Shown one piece after another: positions 19,792 to 29,426 of a stretch of DNA of 64,000 nucleotides. The position numbers and the translations under genes are program-made. The notes below the pieces were generated by a model. It saw only the letters and a list, made by a program, of their open reading frames with translations. It was not told the DNA's origin and searched no databases. Positions within the stretch are counted from its first letter, which is position 1; each line of letters opens with the position of its first letter. Source of the DNA: Betaproteobacteria bacterium (GTDB lineage: Bacteria; Pseudomonadota; Gammaproteobacteria; Burkholderiales; SHXO01); contig JANXRW010000037.1 in assembly GCA_025356655.1 (NCBI GenBank), forward strand, positions 17,175-81,174, read 5' to 3'.

Positions 19792-19821
19792 TAAATGAGG
19801 GCCGCGCGAGGCGTTTTCAAC
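19792..19821 (-). promoter_or_regulatory. Sigma-32 heat-shock promoter of clpB
   Basis: The minus sense reads GTTGAAA (-35, core at 19820-19815), a 13-14-nt spacer, then CCCTCATTTA (19801-19792). The consensus is CTTGAAA-N13-15-CCCCATNT. A GGGAG SD follows before ATG 19759. Confidence 0.65.
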
Positions 19822-19970
19822 GTAGCCGGCGATAAACCGCAATGCCGCCCCCCCACCGGCGCGGCGAGGCCCCAGAGACCATTTTGTGCACACCGCGCCG
19901 GCGCGATCTTGACGCCGGTCAAGCCTGCCCCGCTGGAGAGGCAAGGACACCTAACACTGGAGGCACGCCC

Positions 19971-20561
19971 ATGCCTGTGGCAAACCCGCTTCGCCAACTC
20001 ACCGCCGCCGCACTCGCGCTCTGCACACTCGGCATCGCACACGCCGAGGATGCCCCGGAGTTGACCGCCAGCCGCGCCATCGCCCTGAAGCTCATTGCTT
20101 CGTTGGGTGCGGAATTGAAGGCAGCCTTGGCCGCGGGCGGGCCGGCAAACGCCGTTAGGGTTTGCAAGGACGTCGCGCCGGCACTGGCGGGGGAACTCTC
20201 GCGCACGCACGGGGCGCGGGTGACGCGTGTGAGCCTCAAGGTGCGAAACCCACTCCTGGGCACGCCCGACGCGTGGGAGCAACAGGTGCTCACTGCCTTC
20301 GACGAACGCGCCGAGACTGCGGAGCCGGTGGCCAGCCTAGAATATGGGGCCTGGGTGGATGAACCTCAGGGCCGCAGCTATCGCTATATGAAAGCCATCC
20401 CCGTGCAGCCCCTGTGCCTTTCCTGCCACGGTGCAGTGGAGTCGCTTGCACCAGAGGTGGCATCCCGCCTGCAACAGGATTACCCGGCCGATCGTGCGGT
20501 GGGCTATCGTCTAGGCCAGCTGCGCGGTGCGGTCAGCGTGCGCACCCCTGCGCCGCGATGA
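19971..20561 (+). CDS. DUF3365-family periplasmic c-type heme protein (Tll0287-like)
   Basis: ATG 19971 follows GGAGG, within ORF 19842..20561. The signal peptide ends in GIAHA. It has a single CxxCH (PLCLSCHG) near the C-terminus and VCKDVAP / RVSLKVRNP motifs typical of DUF3365. Confidence 0.75.
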   Translation: MPVANPLRQLTAAALALCTLGIAHAEDAPELTASRAIALKLIASLGAELKAALAAGGPANAVRVCKDVAPALAGELSRTHGARVTRVSLKVRNPLLGTPDAWEQQVLTAFDERAETAEPVASLEYGAWVDEPQGRSYRYMKAIPVQPLCLSCHGAVESLAPEVASRLQQDYPADRAVGYRLGQLRGAVSVRTPAPR

Positions 20562-21226
20562 ATACGACGCAGGCCGTGGTCTTCGACGCCTACGGCACGC
20601 TGTTCGACGTTTATAGCATCGGACAACTGGCGCAGGAACTCTTCCCCGATCGGGGAGAAGCTCTGACCCGCCTCTGGCGCTCAAAGCAATTGGAATACAC
20701 GTGGCTGCGCAGCCTGATGGGCTGCTACGAGGATTTCGAGACGCTCACCGCGGACGCCTTGGAATTCGCTTGCCGGAGCCTTGGACTGCCGGATGACCCG
20801 GCGGCTCGCGGCAGGCTTGCGCATGCCTACGAGCACTTGGCGCCCTACGCCGAGGTGCCTGGGGCCTTACAGTCGCTCTCGCCACTTCCGCTCGCGATTC
20901 TCTCGAACGGCTCGCCGCGGATGCTGCGCGCCGTCGTGGAGAATGCGGGACTTGCGCCACGGTTTTCGCGGATCCTGAGCGTCGACGGGCTGCGCATCTT
21001 TAAACCGCACCCCAGCGTCTACCAGATGGCGGTGGATGAGCTCGGCGTCGCGGCCGACCGCATCGCGTTTGTCTCCTCGAACTTCTGGGACGTATCCGGT
21101 GCCTGCGCCTTCGGCTTTCGCACCTATTGGATCAACCGCTCGGGCGCCCCTACCGAACCGCTGGGGCAAGTGCCTGCCGCAGTCCTGGGAAACCTTGCCG
21201 AACTAAGCACCGTGCTGCCCGTCTGA
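20558..21226 (+). CDS. Haloacid dehalogenase type II (HAD superfamily)
   Basis: ATGA overlap with the upstream stop. It has the HAD motif I VVFDAYGTLFDV, then RSKQLEYTWLRSLMG, ILSNGS and FVSSNFWDV. These are typical of L-2-haloacid dehalogenases. Confidence 0.85.
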   Translation: MNTTQAVVFDAYGTLFDVYSIGQLAQELFPDRGEALTRLWRSKQLEYTWLRSLMGCYEDFETLTADALEFACRSLGLPDDPAARGRLAHAYEHLAPYAEVPGALQSLSPLPLAILSNGSPRMLRAVVENAGLAPRFSRILSVDGLRIFKPHPSVYQMAVDELGVAADRIAFVSSNFWDVSGACAFGFRTYWINRSGAPTEPLGQVPAAVLGNLAELSTVLPV

Positions 21227-21268
21227 GACCCCCGCGCGAGGGGATCATCGTCTGAGACCCTGCGCGAG
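21220..21268. repeat. Imperfect tandem duplication (period 29 nt) spanning the HAD stop codon
   Basis: CGTCTGAGACCCCCGCGCGAG (21220-21240) and CGTCTGAGACCCTGCGCGAG (21249-21268). Confidence 0.7.
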
Positions 21269-21355
21269 CCCTCGGCGCTTGGACAGCGTAAACCTGCCTT
21301 ATTTGCAAATCCGTAACAGCCTTGCAGGATGCTGTCTGAGTCGGCGTTGGTGGTC

Positions 21356-21908
21356 CTAAAGGCTAATTGTTCTCCGCGGTTCCGGGATTGCAGGCAGGGT
21401 TCGGAGAGAGGAAGGCTGTGAGTTCTCGGTCATCTTGAGGTAATCGAAGACCAGGCGGACGTTGGTGGCGAGGCGGCGGATGGTCTGTGCGACGAATGGT
21501 GCGCTGCGGGATTTGATCAGACCAATCGCGAAACGGCGCAGTCGGGTGATGTTCTCCGGGCCGTAGCCAGTGCGGATGCGACAGCGGTCCTCGTCGTAGG
21601 TCCAGTCCAGGATGTAGTGGCAACTGTTTTCGATGACCCAGTGGCCGCGGTTGATCTGGGGCAGGCGCTCGGGACTGGTGTTGGGTCGCTCAGGGGGACG
21701 GAGCCGACTTTTTTTGGGTGTGGCAGAGCTGGGTCTGGTGTCCGAGCACGCTCATGATGTGGGTGCGCTCGCCGTGTTGGTCGAGGGCGTTGCACATGGT
21801 TATGCCGTCGATGGCGAGGCTGCGGTCGCGCAGGGCGTAGGCCTCGTTCCAGCGCTGCAGGGCGAGGGCGAGGTCCAGCGCGAGGTGTTCGCCGCCGTAC
21901 CGGCCCAT
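21356..21908 (-). mobile_element. ISAs1-family (IS4-superfamily) DDE transposase remnant, with internal deletion and truncation
   Basis: Two pieces are visible on the minus strand.
- 21908-~21690 reads ...LAIDGITMCNALDQHGERTHIMSVLGHQTQLCHTQKK (compare the IAIDGKT...LGQ..KSNE region).
- ~21700-21356 in another frame reads PERLPQINRGHWVIENSCHYILDWTYDEDRCRIRTGYGPENITRLRRFAIGLIK...DYLKMTEN.
About 125 codons are missing between the pieces, and the N-terminus is missing. Confidence 0.6.
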
Positions 21909-22528
21909 CTGGCAGCGGAGCGGATGGTGATCGATCGCTTCGCCGCGGTGAGCAAGCTACGCTCCGACGGCGTTCTCGGATTTCACTCGGCGCTCGAGCT
22001 CCATGGCCTAGCCTATTCCGAGTTTAACGAGGTCTAGCCCATCCGCGCCGGGCGGACGGGACTTGTGGACTTGGCGCTCGGCGCCTGCCGCTTCGTCACT
22101 CCGCCGAAAGCGCTGCGCGCGGCCGGCAAGGATGACTACCTGACCATGACCATAGATCGGCAAGGGGTGGCGGTCCGTGCGACGGCGGTCGAACGCACGG
22201 TCGTTGATGTCGTGCACCAGCCGGACCTCGCGGGCGGCGCCGAGGAAGTCCTCAAGTCGCTGGATCTGGTCCGCTATCTCGATCCGGCGAAGACCGCCGA
22301 CTATGTCGAGCTGCTGGAAAACCGGTCGATCGCCTCCGTTTCTGGCTGGTGGCTCGAAAAGCGGCAAAGCGCGCTCGGCGTCACCGATGACGTCCTGGCA
22401 CGCCTGCGAGCGCGGCTCCCACACTCGAAGCATTATTGGGCGCCGAACCCGGGCGCGCTGTGCTTGTTGAGCCGTGGCGCGTGCTTTTGCCGCCGCAGGC
22501 TGTCGACGCCGCTTTTGAAGGCGTCTGA
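21909..22528 (+). pseudogene. AbiEi-family antitoxin/regulator remnant
   Basis: The sequence reads ...DRFAAVSKLRSDGVLGFHSALELHGLAYSEFNEV, then an in-frame TAG (22035-22037), then ...GVAVRATAVERTVVDVVHQPDLAGGAEEVLKSLDLVRYLD... A frameshift near 22425-22445 moves the reading into ...EPWRVLLPPQAVDAAFEGV-stop. The N-terminal wHTH part is missing at the IS junction. Confidence 0.6.
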
Positions 22529-23410
22529 TGGTCGCTTCGCAAGAAACGCTTCAGGACCTTGCGGCCGAGCGGCAGCTTCAGCCGGCGACGCTGGAGCGCG
22601 TGATCCGGCTGATCGAGATACCCGACGCCTTCGGTGCCGACACGCTGATCGGACCGTGGATCGCCTTGAAGGGCGGTACGGCACTCAACGTCTTCCATTC
22701 GGATCTGGGCCGCCTCTCGGTCGATGTCGATGTCAACTATGTCGGCGCGGTCGAAAAGAAGCAGATGGACGCCGATCGCCCGGGCATGGAGGACCGGATC
22801 GCGCGGCTGATGGAATCCAAAGGCTACGCCGCGTGTCGCGAGCCGTCGGAGCCCGCCGGAGGCCACCCTGCGCCCCAACTTGGCGTTCTTCCTGTCGGTC
22901 CAAACCCTGGTGTATCCGTCGAGGAGTTCGCAGGGCGGTGGTCCTGGGCTGGGAAACCCCTGATGGCAACGGCGGACGACCGGGTTGGGGGGTATCAGAA
23001 TGGACCATCCAACGGTCAGGAGACCCGCATCCGATCAAAACCGCCCCGCGCCCTCCTGCGACTGGCCACGGTAGGCCTTTGCCTCGCCTCGGCTTCCGCC
23101 TCCGCCTACGTTATCGATGTCCGTGGTATTCAATCGCCCGGCGTCTCGATACCCCGTCTGGGAAGCGGGGGGCTTCCGGGTCAACGCGCTGTCGGGAAAT
23201 TGGGTCAGCACGTCCTTCGGCAAGCCGACCCCCAGCATCTTCGTGGCGACGTTCTCGGGTAAACCCTCCGGGGCGTTGGAGGCGACCCACGGCGGCGGCG
23301 CCTTTACACGGAGATCCCTGGATCTGGATTACCTTCCTGCCAGAGGCACCTTCGCCCACCATGGCCCACTGCGCGTTGCTGGCTTGATGTCACGCCGTCG
23401 GCGCCGCTGA
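22528..23410 (+). pseudogene. AbiEii/AbiGii-family nucleotidyltransferase toxin remnant
   Basis: TGATG overlap with the AbiEi stop. The first ~115 codons are recognisable (LERVIRLIEIP...LIGPWIALKGGTALNVFHSDLGRLSVDVDVNYVG). After about 22870 similarity is lost. A possible C-terminal trace (RRSLDLDYL) sits in another frame ending at 23410. The total span equals a full-length ~294-codon gene. Confidence 0.5.
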
Positions 23411-23551
23411 GTCGCGACTGGGCCCGCGTGGCCGGGGCAGATTTTTACCCTGGGCCACACCTCAAGCATCACCGGGCGACTGGCCCGCCGGGACCCGGGA
23501 GTTCACTGGCCCTCAGGGCCTCGCACCGCGGCCTTCAGCGCCGAGGCCCGG

Positions 23552-25060
23552 TCAGTCCGCCATGCGCTGACCCCGAGGGTCGCGTGGCGCCTGGTCCGGG
23601 TAGGGGAAGAGAACGTTCATGGCGATGCTGCGGAAAGCCCCCTCCACGACCCGCATGTGCTCGCGGCGGAACTCCCGGGCGTGGCGTAGGCCGCAGCTGT
23701 GGGCAATCACGTCGATCTCCTTATTCATATTCACGGCGTAGTTCGCCACGCGCTGAAACTTGTCCTCGGCGACCAGCCCACGCTGCAGCCGCGGGTTGTG
23801 CGTGGCCACGCCGGTGGGACAAGTGTTGGTGTGGCAGCGCAGGGCCTGGATGCAGCCCAGGGCAAACATGAAGCCGCGCGCAGTGTTGATGAAGTCCGCC
23901 CCAAGACACAAGGCCGCCGCCGCTCTCGACGGCGTATTGAGTTTGCCCGAGGCCACCACCCGCACACGCTGGCGCAGCCCGGACTCGATCAAGGCATCGA
24001 CCACACGCGGCAGAGCCTCGAAGATAGGCAGACTCATGTGATCGGCCAACGCCTGGGGCGCCGCCCCGCTACCTCCCTCCCCGCCGTCGATCACCAGGAA
24101 GTCTGGGGCGTATTCCAGGCCACGCCGGTTTACTGCCTCACACAACTCGTTCATGAACGCCCAGCCGCCGATGGCAGTCTTCACTCCGACAGGCCGCCCA
24201 AGTTCCTCGCGAAGCCGGGCAATGTAGTCGAGCAACTGATCGGTGGTGCCGATGTCCGTGTGCCGGTTTGGGCTAATCGAGTCTTGGTGAGCGGGGATCC
24301 CGCGGATGCGTGCGATCTCCTCGGTCACCTTGGCCGCAGGCAGCACGCCGCCCTTGCCCGGCTTCGCCCCCTGGGACAGCTTAATCTCGAAGGCACGCAC
24401 CTTTGGGGCAAGTGCACGCGCGCGCGCCATGTCGAAGTTGCCGTGTGCATCGCGCACACCGTACTTGGCCGTGCCAATCTGCAGGATGACGTCGCAACCG
24501 CCCTCGAGGTGAAAGGGAGACAGGCCGCCCTCTCCCGTATCCATCCAGCAGCCTGCCTGAGCGGCACCACGCGACAGGGCCTGAACGGCGGGGCGCGAGA
24601 TCGCGCCGTAGCTCATGCCACTGACATTGACCACCGAGCGCGCCGTGAAGGGCTCACGGCAGTAATTCTCGCCGATGATCAGAGCCGGCGTGGTTTGGCG
24701 CTCCTCCTCCAGGATCGCGAAGGGTGCATTCACGAAGATGATGGAGCCCGGCTCGCTCAGGTTCAGCGTGGAGCCGAAGCCGATGATCCCGCCTTCGTTC
24801 TTGGCCAGCCGATAGACCCAACTGCGCGTGGCCCGATTGAAGGGCATCTCCTCGCGGTCGCCGGCGAAGAAATACTGACGGAAATACTCCCCTTGCTTTT
24901 CCAGTACGTAGCGCAGCCGCCCGATGACGGGGTAGTTACGCAGGACACTGTGCTTTTTCTGGGTGATGTCCCGAATGAAGAAGAAGACCAGGACGGCGAA
25001 GAGTAGGAACCCGAAGAGCGTTCCCAGTCCATAGGAGACCATGCCGAGCACAGGATGCAT
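23552..25060 (-). CDS. FMN-binding glutamate synthase family protein (GltB domain-2-like) with an N-terminal TM helix
   Basis: A 502-aa ORF. It carries RNYPVIGRLRYVLEKQGEYFRQYFF, ISPNRHTD, DFLVIDGGEGGSGAAP and NTCPTGVATHNP motifs. Confidence 0.85.
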   Translation of the reverse strand: MHPVLGMVSYGLGTLFGFLLFAVLVFFFIRDITQKKHSVLRNYPVIGRLRYVLEKQGEYFRQYFFAGDREEMPFNRATRSWVYRLAKNEGGIIGFGSTLNLSEPGSIIFVNAPFAILEEERQTTPALIIGENYCREPFTARSVVNVSGMSYGAISRPAVQALSRGAAQAGCWMDTGEGGLSPFHLEGGCDVILQIGTAKYGVRDAHGNFDMARARALAPKVRAFEIKLSQGAKPGKGGVLPAAKVTEEIARIRGIPAHQDSISPNRHTDIGTTDQLLDYIARLREELGRPVGVKTAIGGWAFMNELCEAVNRRGLEYAPDFLVIDGGEGGSGAAPQALADHMSLPIFEALPRVVDALIESGLRQRVRVVASGKLNTPSRAAAALCLGADFINTARGFMFALGCIQALRCHTNTCPTGVATHNPRLQRGLVAEDKFQRVANYAVNMNKEIDVIAHSCGLRHAREFRREHMRVVEGAFRSIAMNVLFPYPDQAPRDPRGQRMAD

Positions 25061-25173
25061 CTAGGGGGGCCCTCGCGGTTGTTACCCCCGGTGCGCATGC
25101 GCAGCGCGACGCGGACCGGATGACCCCATTCTACAGATCTCACCCCGTGGCGGCGGCGCCGCCCCCGAATGCC

Positions 25174-26343
25174 CTAGCGGGGCAGGTGCTCCTTGATGAG
25201 CGCCTCGATGGCACTGCCCGTAGCGTCTACGAGGAAGGGCGCACTGCTCTGGCTGATGGCGGTGTCCGGATCCTTCAGTCCGTGGCCGGTCAGGGTGCAT
25301 ACGATCACGGAACCGTCCCCAATCACCCCGCGCTCGAACGCTTTGAGCAGACCGGCAATACTGACCGCGGAAGCCGGTTCGCAAAAGATGCCCTCGGTTT
25401 CCGCCAGCAACTTCTGCGCAGCGAGAATCTCCGCGTCGGTGGCTTCGCTAAACCAGCCGCCGGATTCGTTCTTCGCCGCCCAAGCCAGATCCCAGGACAC
25501 CGGATGGCCAATCCGGATTGCCGTGGCGACCGTCTCTGGATTGTCGACCATGGCCCCGCGCAGGAAGGGCGCGGCGCCAGCTGCCTGGACGCCGATCAGG
25601 ACCGGACGCCGCTTGCACAGGGCTGGGGCTAGGTAGGGACAGGCGCCCCCGCAGTGGTTACAACTGCCGCTCACCAGGCCGGCGGCCTCGCTGTAGCCGA
25701 TCCAGTGCGCGGAAATGTTACCGGCATTGCCCACGGGCAGGACGTGATAGTCGGGCGCCTCTCCCAGAGCCTCGACCACCTCGAAGGCAATGGTCTTCTG
25801 CCCCTGCAGACGAAACGGGTTGATGGAATTGACCAGCGTCAGGGGCAGGTGCTTGGCCGCTTCCTGAACCAGGCGCATACCGTCGTCGAAATTGCCGCGA
25901 ATCTGGATGACCGTCGCCCCGTGCATCATCGCCTGGGAGAGCTTGCCCAGTGCAATCTTGCCCTCAGGAATGAGCACAAAACAACTGATGCCCGCGCGCG
26001 CCGCATAGGCTGCTGCTGCCGCCGATGTGTTTCCCGTGGATGCGCAGATGATGGCCCGCGCGCCAGCTTCCACCGCCTTGCTCACGGCCATGGTCATCCC
26101 CCGGTCCTTGAAGGAGCCGGTGGGGTTAAGACCTTCGAACTTGCAAAGGATGCGCACCGAACGCCCCAGGCGTCGCGGCAGGTTCTGCAACTCGACTAAG
26201 GGCGTATTGCCTTCATTGAGCGAAATGACCGGCGTGGCCGCCGATACGGGCAGGCGGTCCCGGTAGCGCCGGATCAGGCCTTGGTAGTGTGGCTGCATTG
26301 GGCTTCCAGTGGGTGGGGTTTGAGTGGATTCGCCGACAGGCAT
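25174..26343 (-). CDS. thrC: Threonine synthase
   Basis: It has the PLP site CKFEGLNPTGSFKDRGMT and the motif ICASTGNTSAAAAAYAARAG. There is a TGATG overlap with the hom stop. An alternative start is ATG 26298. Confidence 0.92.
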   Translation of the reverse strand: MPVGESTQTPPTGSPMQPHYQGLIRRYRDRLPVSAATPVISLNEGNTPLVELQNLPRRLGRSVRILCKFEGLNPTGSFKDRGMTMAVSKAVEAGARAIICASTGNTSAAAAAYAARAGISCFVLIPEGKIALGKLSQAMMHGATVIQIRGNFDDGMRLVQEAAKHLPLTLVNSINPFRLQGQKTIAFEVVEALGEAPDYHVLPVGNAGNISAHWIGYSEAAGLVSGSCNHCGGACPYLAPALCKRRPVLIGVQAAGAAPFLRGAMVDNPETVATAIRIGHPVSWDLAWAAKNESGGWFSEATDAEILAAQKLLAETEGIFCEPASAVSIAGLLKAFERGVIGDGSVIVCTLTGHGLKDPDTAISQSSAPFLVDATGSAIEALIKEHLPR

Positions 26344-27653
26344 CAGGACAGCGCTTCCAGCCGCAGGCGCGTGACGCGCCCGGTCACCGCTGGCAGTGCC
26401 TCCATGCGGGCAATGGCCGCCATCGCGTGCTTCTCCCGTGTCAGGTGCGTGAGCATGATGATGTCCACCTGCTCCTCCCCCTGGGCGGGCTCCTTCTGGA
26501 TCATGGCCTCGATCGAGATCCTAAGGTCGGCGAGGATGCGCGTGATATCCGCCAGCACGCCGGGACGGTCCTCCACCCGAAGGCGCAGGTAGTAGGACGT
26601 CTCAACCTCACTCATGGGCAGGATGGGCTCTGCGGACAAGGCATCGGGTTGGAAAGCCAAGTGCGGCACCCGGTTCTCCGGGTCCGTGGTCAGGGTCCGG
26701 GTGACGTCCACCAGGTCCGCCACCACTGCCGAGGCCGTGGGCTCGGCCCCCGCCCCCGCCCCATAGTAGAGGGTCGCGCCCACGGCGTCGCCCTTGACCA
26801 AAACGGCATTCATGACCCCCTCCACGTTGGCGATGAGCCGACGCGCGGGGATCAAGGTGGGGTGTACGCGAAGCTCGATGCCCTCGGGCGTGCGCCGCGT
26901 GACACCGAGCAGCTTGATGCGGTAGCCCAGTTCCTCCGCGTAGCGGATATCCTCACGGGTGAGCGAAGCGATGCCCTCGGTGTAGGCGCGGTCGAACTGC
27001 ATGGGGATGCCGAAACCGATGGCTGCCATGATGGTGAGCTTGTGTGCGGCGTCGACGCCCTCGATGTCGAAGGTCGGATCGGCCTCCGCGTAACCGCGCT
27101 GCTGCGCCTGCGCCAGCACCTCGGCGAAACCCGCCCCGGTGTCGCGCATGGTGGAGAGGATGAAGTTGCTGGTGCCGTTGACGATGCCCGCGATCCACTG
27201 GATGCGGTTGGCGGTGAGGCCTTCGCGCAAAGCCTTGATGATGGGGATGCCACCGCACACCGCCGCCTCGAAAGCCACCATGACTCCGCGACGTTGCGCC
27301 GCCGCAAAAATCTCGTTGCCATACAAAGCGAGCAAGGCCTTGTTAGCCGTCACCACGTGTTTGCCCCGCTCGATGGCTTCGAGGACCAACTCGCGCGCGA
27401 GCGTCGTGCCGCCGATCAGTTCCGCCACGATTTCCACCGCTGGGTCACGCACCACCGCGAAGGGGTCGGTCACCAGGGTCAGGTCCGGCCCAACCTTCTG
27501 TCGCGCTCGCACGAGGTCGCGCGCCGCGGCCACGTGGACTTCGATTCCACGGCCGGCACGCCGAGTGATCTCCTCCTGATTGCGGCGCAGCACCGCAACC
27601 GTCCCGCCACCGACCGTACCCAGGCCGAGCAGGCCCACCTTGACTGGTTGCAC
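26343..27653 (-). CDS. hom: Homoserine dehydrogenase
   Basis: It has a GTG start at 27653, an NAD fold VKVGLLGLGTVGGG and a C-terminal ACT domain. Confidence 0.93.
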   Translation of the reverse strand: MQPVKVGLLGLGTVGGGTVAVLRRNQEEITRRAGRGIEVHVAAARDLVRARQKVGPDLTLVTDPFAVVRDPAVEIVAELIGGTTLARELVLEAIERGKHVVTANKALLALYGNEIFAAAQRRGVMVAFEAAVCGGIPIIKALREGLTANRIQWIAGIVNGTSNFILSTMRDTGAGFAEVLAQAQQRGYAEADPTFDIEGVDAAHKLTIMAAIGFGIPMQFDRAYTEGIASLTREDIRYAEELGYRIKLLGVTRRTPEGIELRVHPTLIPARRLIANVEGVMNAVLVKGDAVGATLYYGAGAGAEPTASAVVADLVDVTRTLTTDPENRVPHLAFQPDALSAEPILPMSEVETSYYLRLRVEDRPGVLADITRILADLRISIEAMIQKEPAQGEEQVDIIMLTHLTREKHAMAAIARMEALPAVTGRVTRLRLEALS

Positions 27654-28091
27654 TTAGAAATCCTTGCGCAAAACGAAGGCGGGGATGATGAAACCTTCGC
27701 GGAAATAAAACCGGTGAGCTCCGGTACGATGGGTACCGGAGTCCAGATCCATGCAGGCACCGCCGCGCGCAAGGGCGAGCCCTTCGAGGGAAGCGATGAG
27801 CGCGCTGCCCACACCCGCGGAACGGTGCGCCTCGTCCGTCACCAGGTCATCGACATAAAATCGCCTGCCGTGGTGCGTGTTTCGGAAACTGCGGAAAACC
27901 GCAACCCCGATGACCGCATCGCCGTCGACCGCCACGCTCATCTCACCGCCGTCGGCAAAGATCCCCTGCATGGTCGCGATGTAATCCTCGGGCAAGCTGG
28001 GCCGCAGTTGCCGGTGCACGCGCTGGGCCCGCTCCAGCCACAGGGGTTCGCGTAGCGCTCGCGAGTCGTCGGTGACGCGGATGATTTCCAC
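27654..28091 (-). CDS. GNAT-family N-acetyltransferase
   Basis: A 145-aa ORF with the acetyl-CoA motif FYVDDLVTDEAHRSAGVGSALIASL. Its stop TAA abuts the hom GTG start. Confidence 0.8.
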   Translation of the reverse strand: MEIIRVTDDSRALREPLWLERAQRVHRQLRPSLPEDYIATMQGIFADGGEMSVAVDGDAVIGVAVFRSFRNTHHGRRFYVDDLVTDEAHRSAGVGSALIASLEGLALARGGACMDLDSGTHRTGAHRFYFREGFIIPAFVLRKDF

Positions 28092-28105
28092 AGGGCCGCC
28101 CGCGC

Positions 28106-29308
28106 TCAGCTCGCGGCCGCGATCTGCAGCAGGCCGTCGCGACGAAACATGTCACGCACGCCACGCACCGCCTGCCGGATGCGCGCCTCGTTCTCGATCA
28201 GGCTAAAGCGCACGTGGTCATCGCCCAGATCGCCAAAGCCGATACCTGGGGAGACGGCAACTCGCGCATCGGCGAGGATTTTCTTGGCAAACTCCAGCGA
28301 GCCCATGGCCTTGTAGGCGTCCGGGATCTTCGCCCAGACATACATGGAGGCCTTGGGGTTCTCCACCATCCAACCCAACGCGTGCAGACCTGCCACCAGA
28401 ACATCGCGGCGCTTTTCGTAGGTGCGCCGGGTCTGCTCGACACAGTCCTGCGGCCCTTCTAGCGCGACGATGGAAGCCACCTGGATCGGGGTGAAGGTAC
28501 CGTAGTCGTGATAGCTCTTGATCCGGCCGAGCGCCGCCACCAAGTCGCGGTTACCCACCATGAAGCCCACGCGCCATCCCGCCATGTTGTAGCTCTTGGA
28601 CAGCGTGAAGAATTCCACGGCAACGTCGGCGGCACCCGGCACCTCCATGATGGATGGCGCGCGATAGCCATCGAAGACGATGTCTGCGTAGGCCAGATCG
28701 TGCACCACGTAGATTCCGTATTCCCGGGCGAGCGCGATGATGCGTTCGAAGAATTCCAGATCCACACACTGCGCCGTCGGGTTGCTGGGGAAATTCAAGA
28801 TCAGACACTTCGGCCGAGGATAGGTGTCCTTTATCGCACGGCCCAGTTCTTCGAAGAAATCTACACCGGGCACCATGGGCACATGGCGGATGTCTGCCCC
28901 GGCGATTACGGGCCCGTAGATATGAATGGGGTAGCTCGGATTCGGCACCAACACGATGTCGCCTGCATCGAGGATTGCCAGCGACAGATGGGCGATGCCC
29001 TCCTTGGAACCGATCGTGACGATGGCCTGTGTCTCCGGATCCAGTTCGACCTGGTAACGCGTGCGGTACCAATTGCAGATAGCCTTGCGCAAACGCAAGA
29101 TTCCCTTGGACACGGAATAGCCGTGGGTGTCTCCGCGCTGCGCGGTTTCGATGAGTTTGTCGACGATGTGGCGGGGAGTGGGTTGATCCGGATTGCCCAT
29201 CCCGAAGTCGACGACGTCCTCGCCGCGCCGGCGGGCCGCCGCCTTGAGCTCCCCCGTGATGTTGAACACATAGGGCGGGAGGCGTTTGATACGGGAGAAC
29301 TGCTCCAT
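28106..29308 (-). CDS. PLP-dependent aminotransferase, class I (alanine transaminase AlaC-like)
   Basis: A 400-aa ORF carrying [40 protein letters not shown] and the PLP lysine region [16 protein letters not shown]. Confidence 0.88.
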   Translation of the reverse strand: MEQFSRIKRLPPYVFNITGELKAAARRRGEDVVDFGMGNPDQPTPRHIVDKLIETAQRGDTHGYSVSKGILRLRKAICNWYRTRYQVELDPETQAIVTIGSKEGIAHLSLAILDAGDIVLVPNPSYPIHIYGPVIAGADIRHVPMVPGVDFFEELGRAIKDTYPRPKCLILNFPSNPTAQCVDLEFFERIIALAREYGIYVVHDLAYADIVFDGYRAPSIMEVPGAADVAVEFFTLSKSYNMAGWRVGFMVGNRDLVAALGRIKSYHDYGTFTPIQVASIVALEGPQDCVEQTRRTYEKRRDVLVAGLHALGWMVENPKASMYVWAKIPDAYKAMGSLEFAKKILADARVAVSPGIGFGDLGDDHVRFSLIENEARIRQAVRGVRDMFRRDGLLQIAAAS

Positions 29309-29426
29309 GGGAACACTGGCCTCGCAGGTGAGGTGCGCTGTTGCGCGGCAAAGCTATAATGGTACCGAAGCAGTGCCCACAGGGCAAACCCGCATGCTGC
29401 GGTGCCCCGTCCGATCGGGGCTTACC

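Noticed and set aside
22065-23387. A 440-aa ORF, the longest in the 21-23.5 kb region.
   Set aside because: Only the first ~125 codons resemble a protein (the AbiEi C-terminal domain). The remainder is Arg-rich out-of-frame read-through across the AbiEii remnant.
26289-28055. A 588-aa plus-strand ORF. Similar long antisense ORFs occur at 18626-19798, 23699-25006, 28508-29359, 28551-29663, 51395-52144, 57216-58229 and 59834-60775.
   Set aside because: Each lies opposite, or out of frame with, a gene that has unmistakable family motifs (hom/GNAT, clpB, the glutamate-synthase-like gene, the aminotransferase, pheT, thrS). Their translations are Arg/Gly/Pro/His-rich with no motifs. These are typical shadow ORFs of high-GC DNA.
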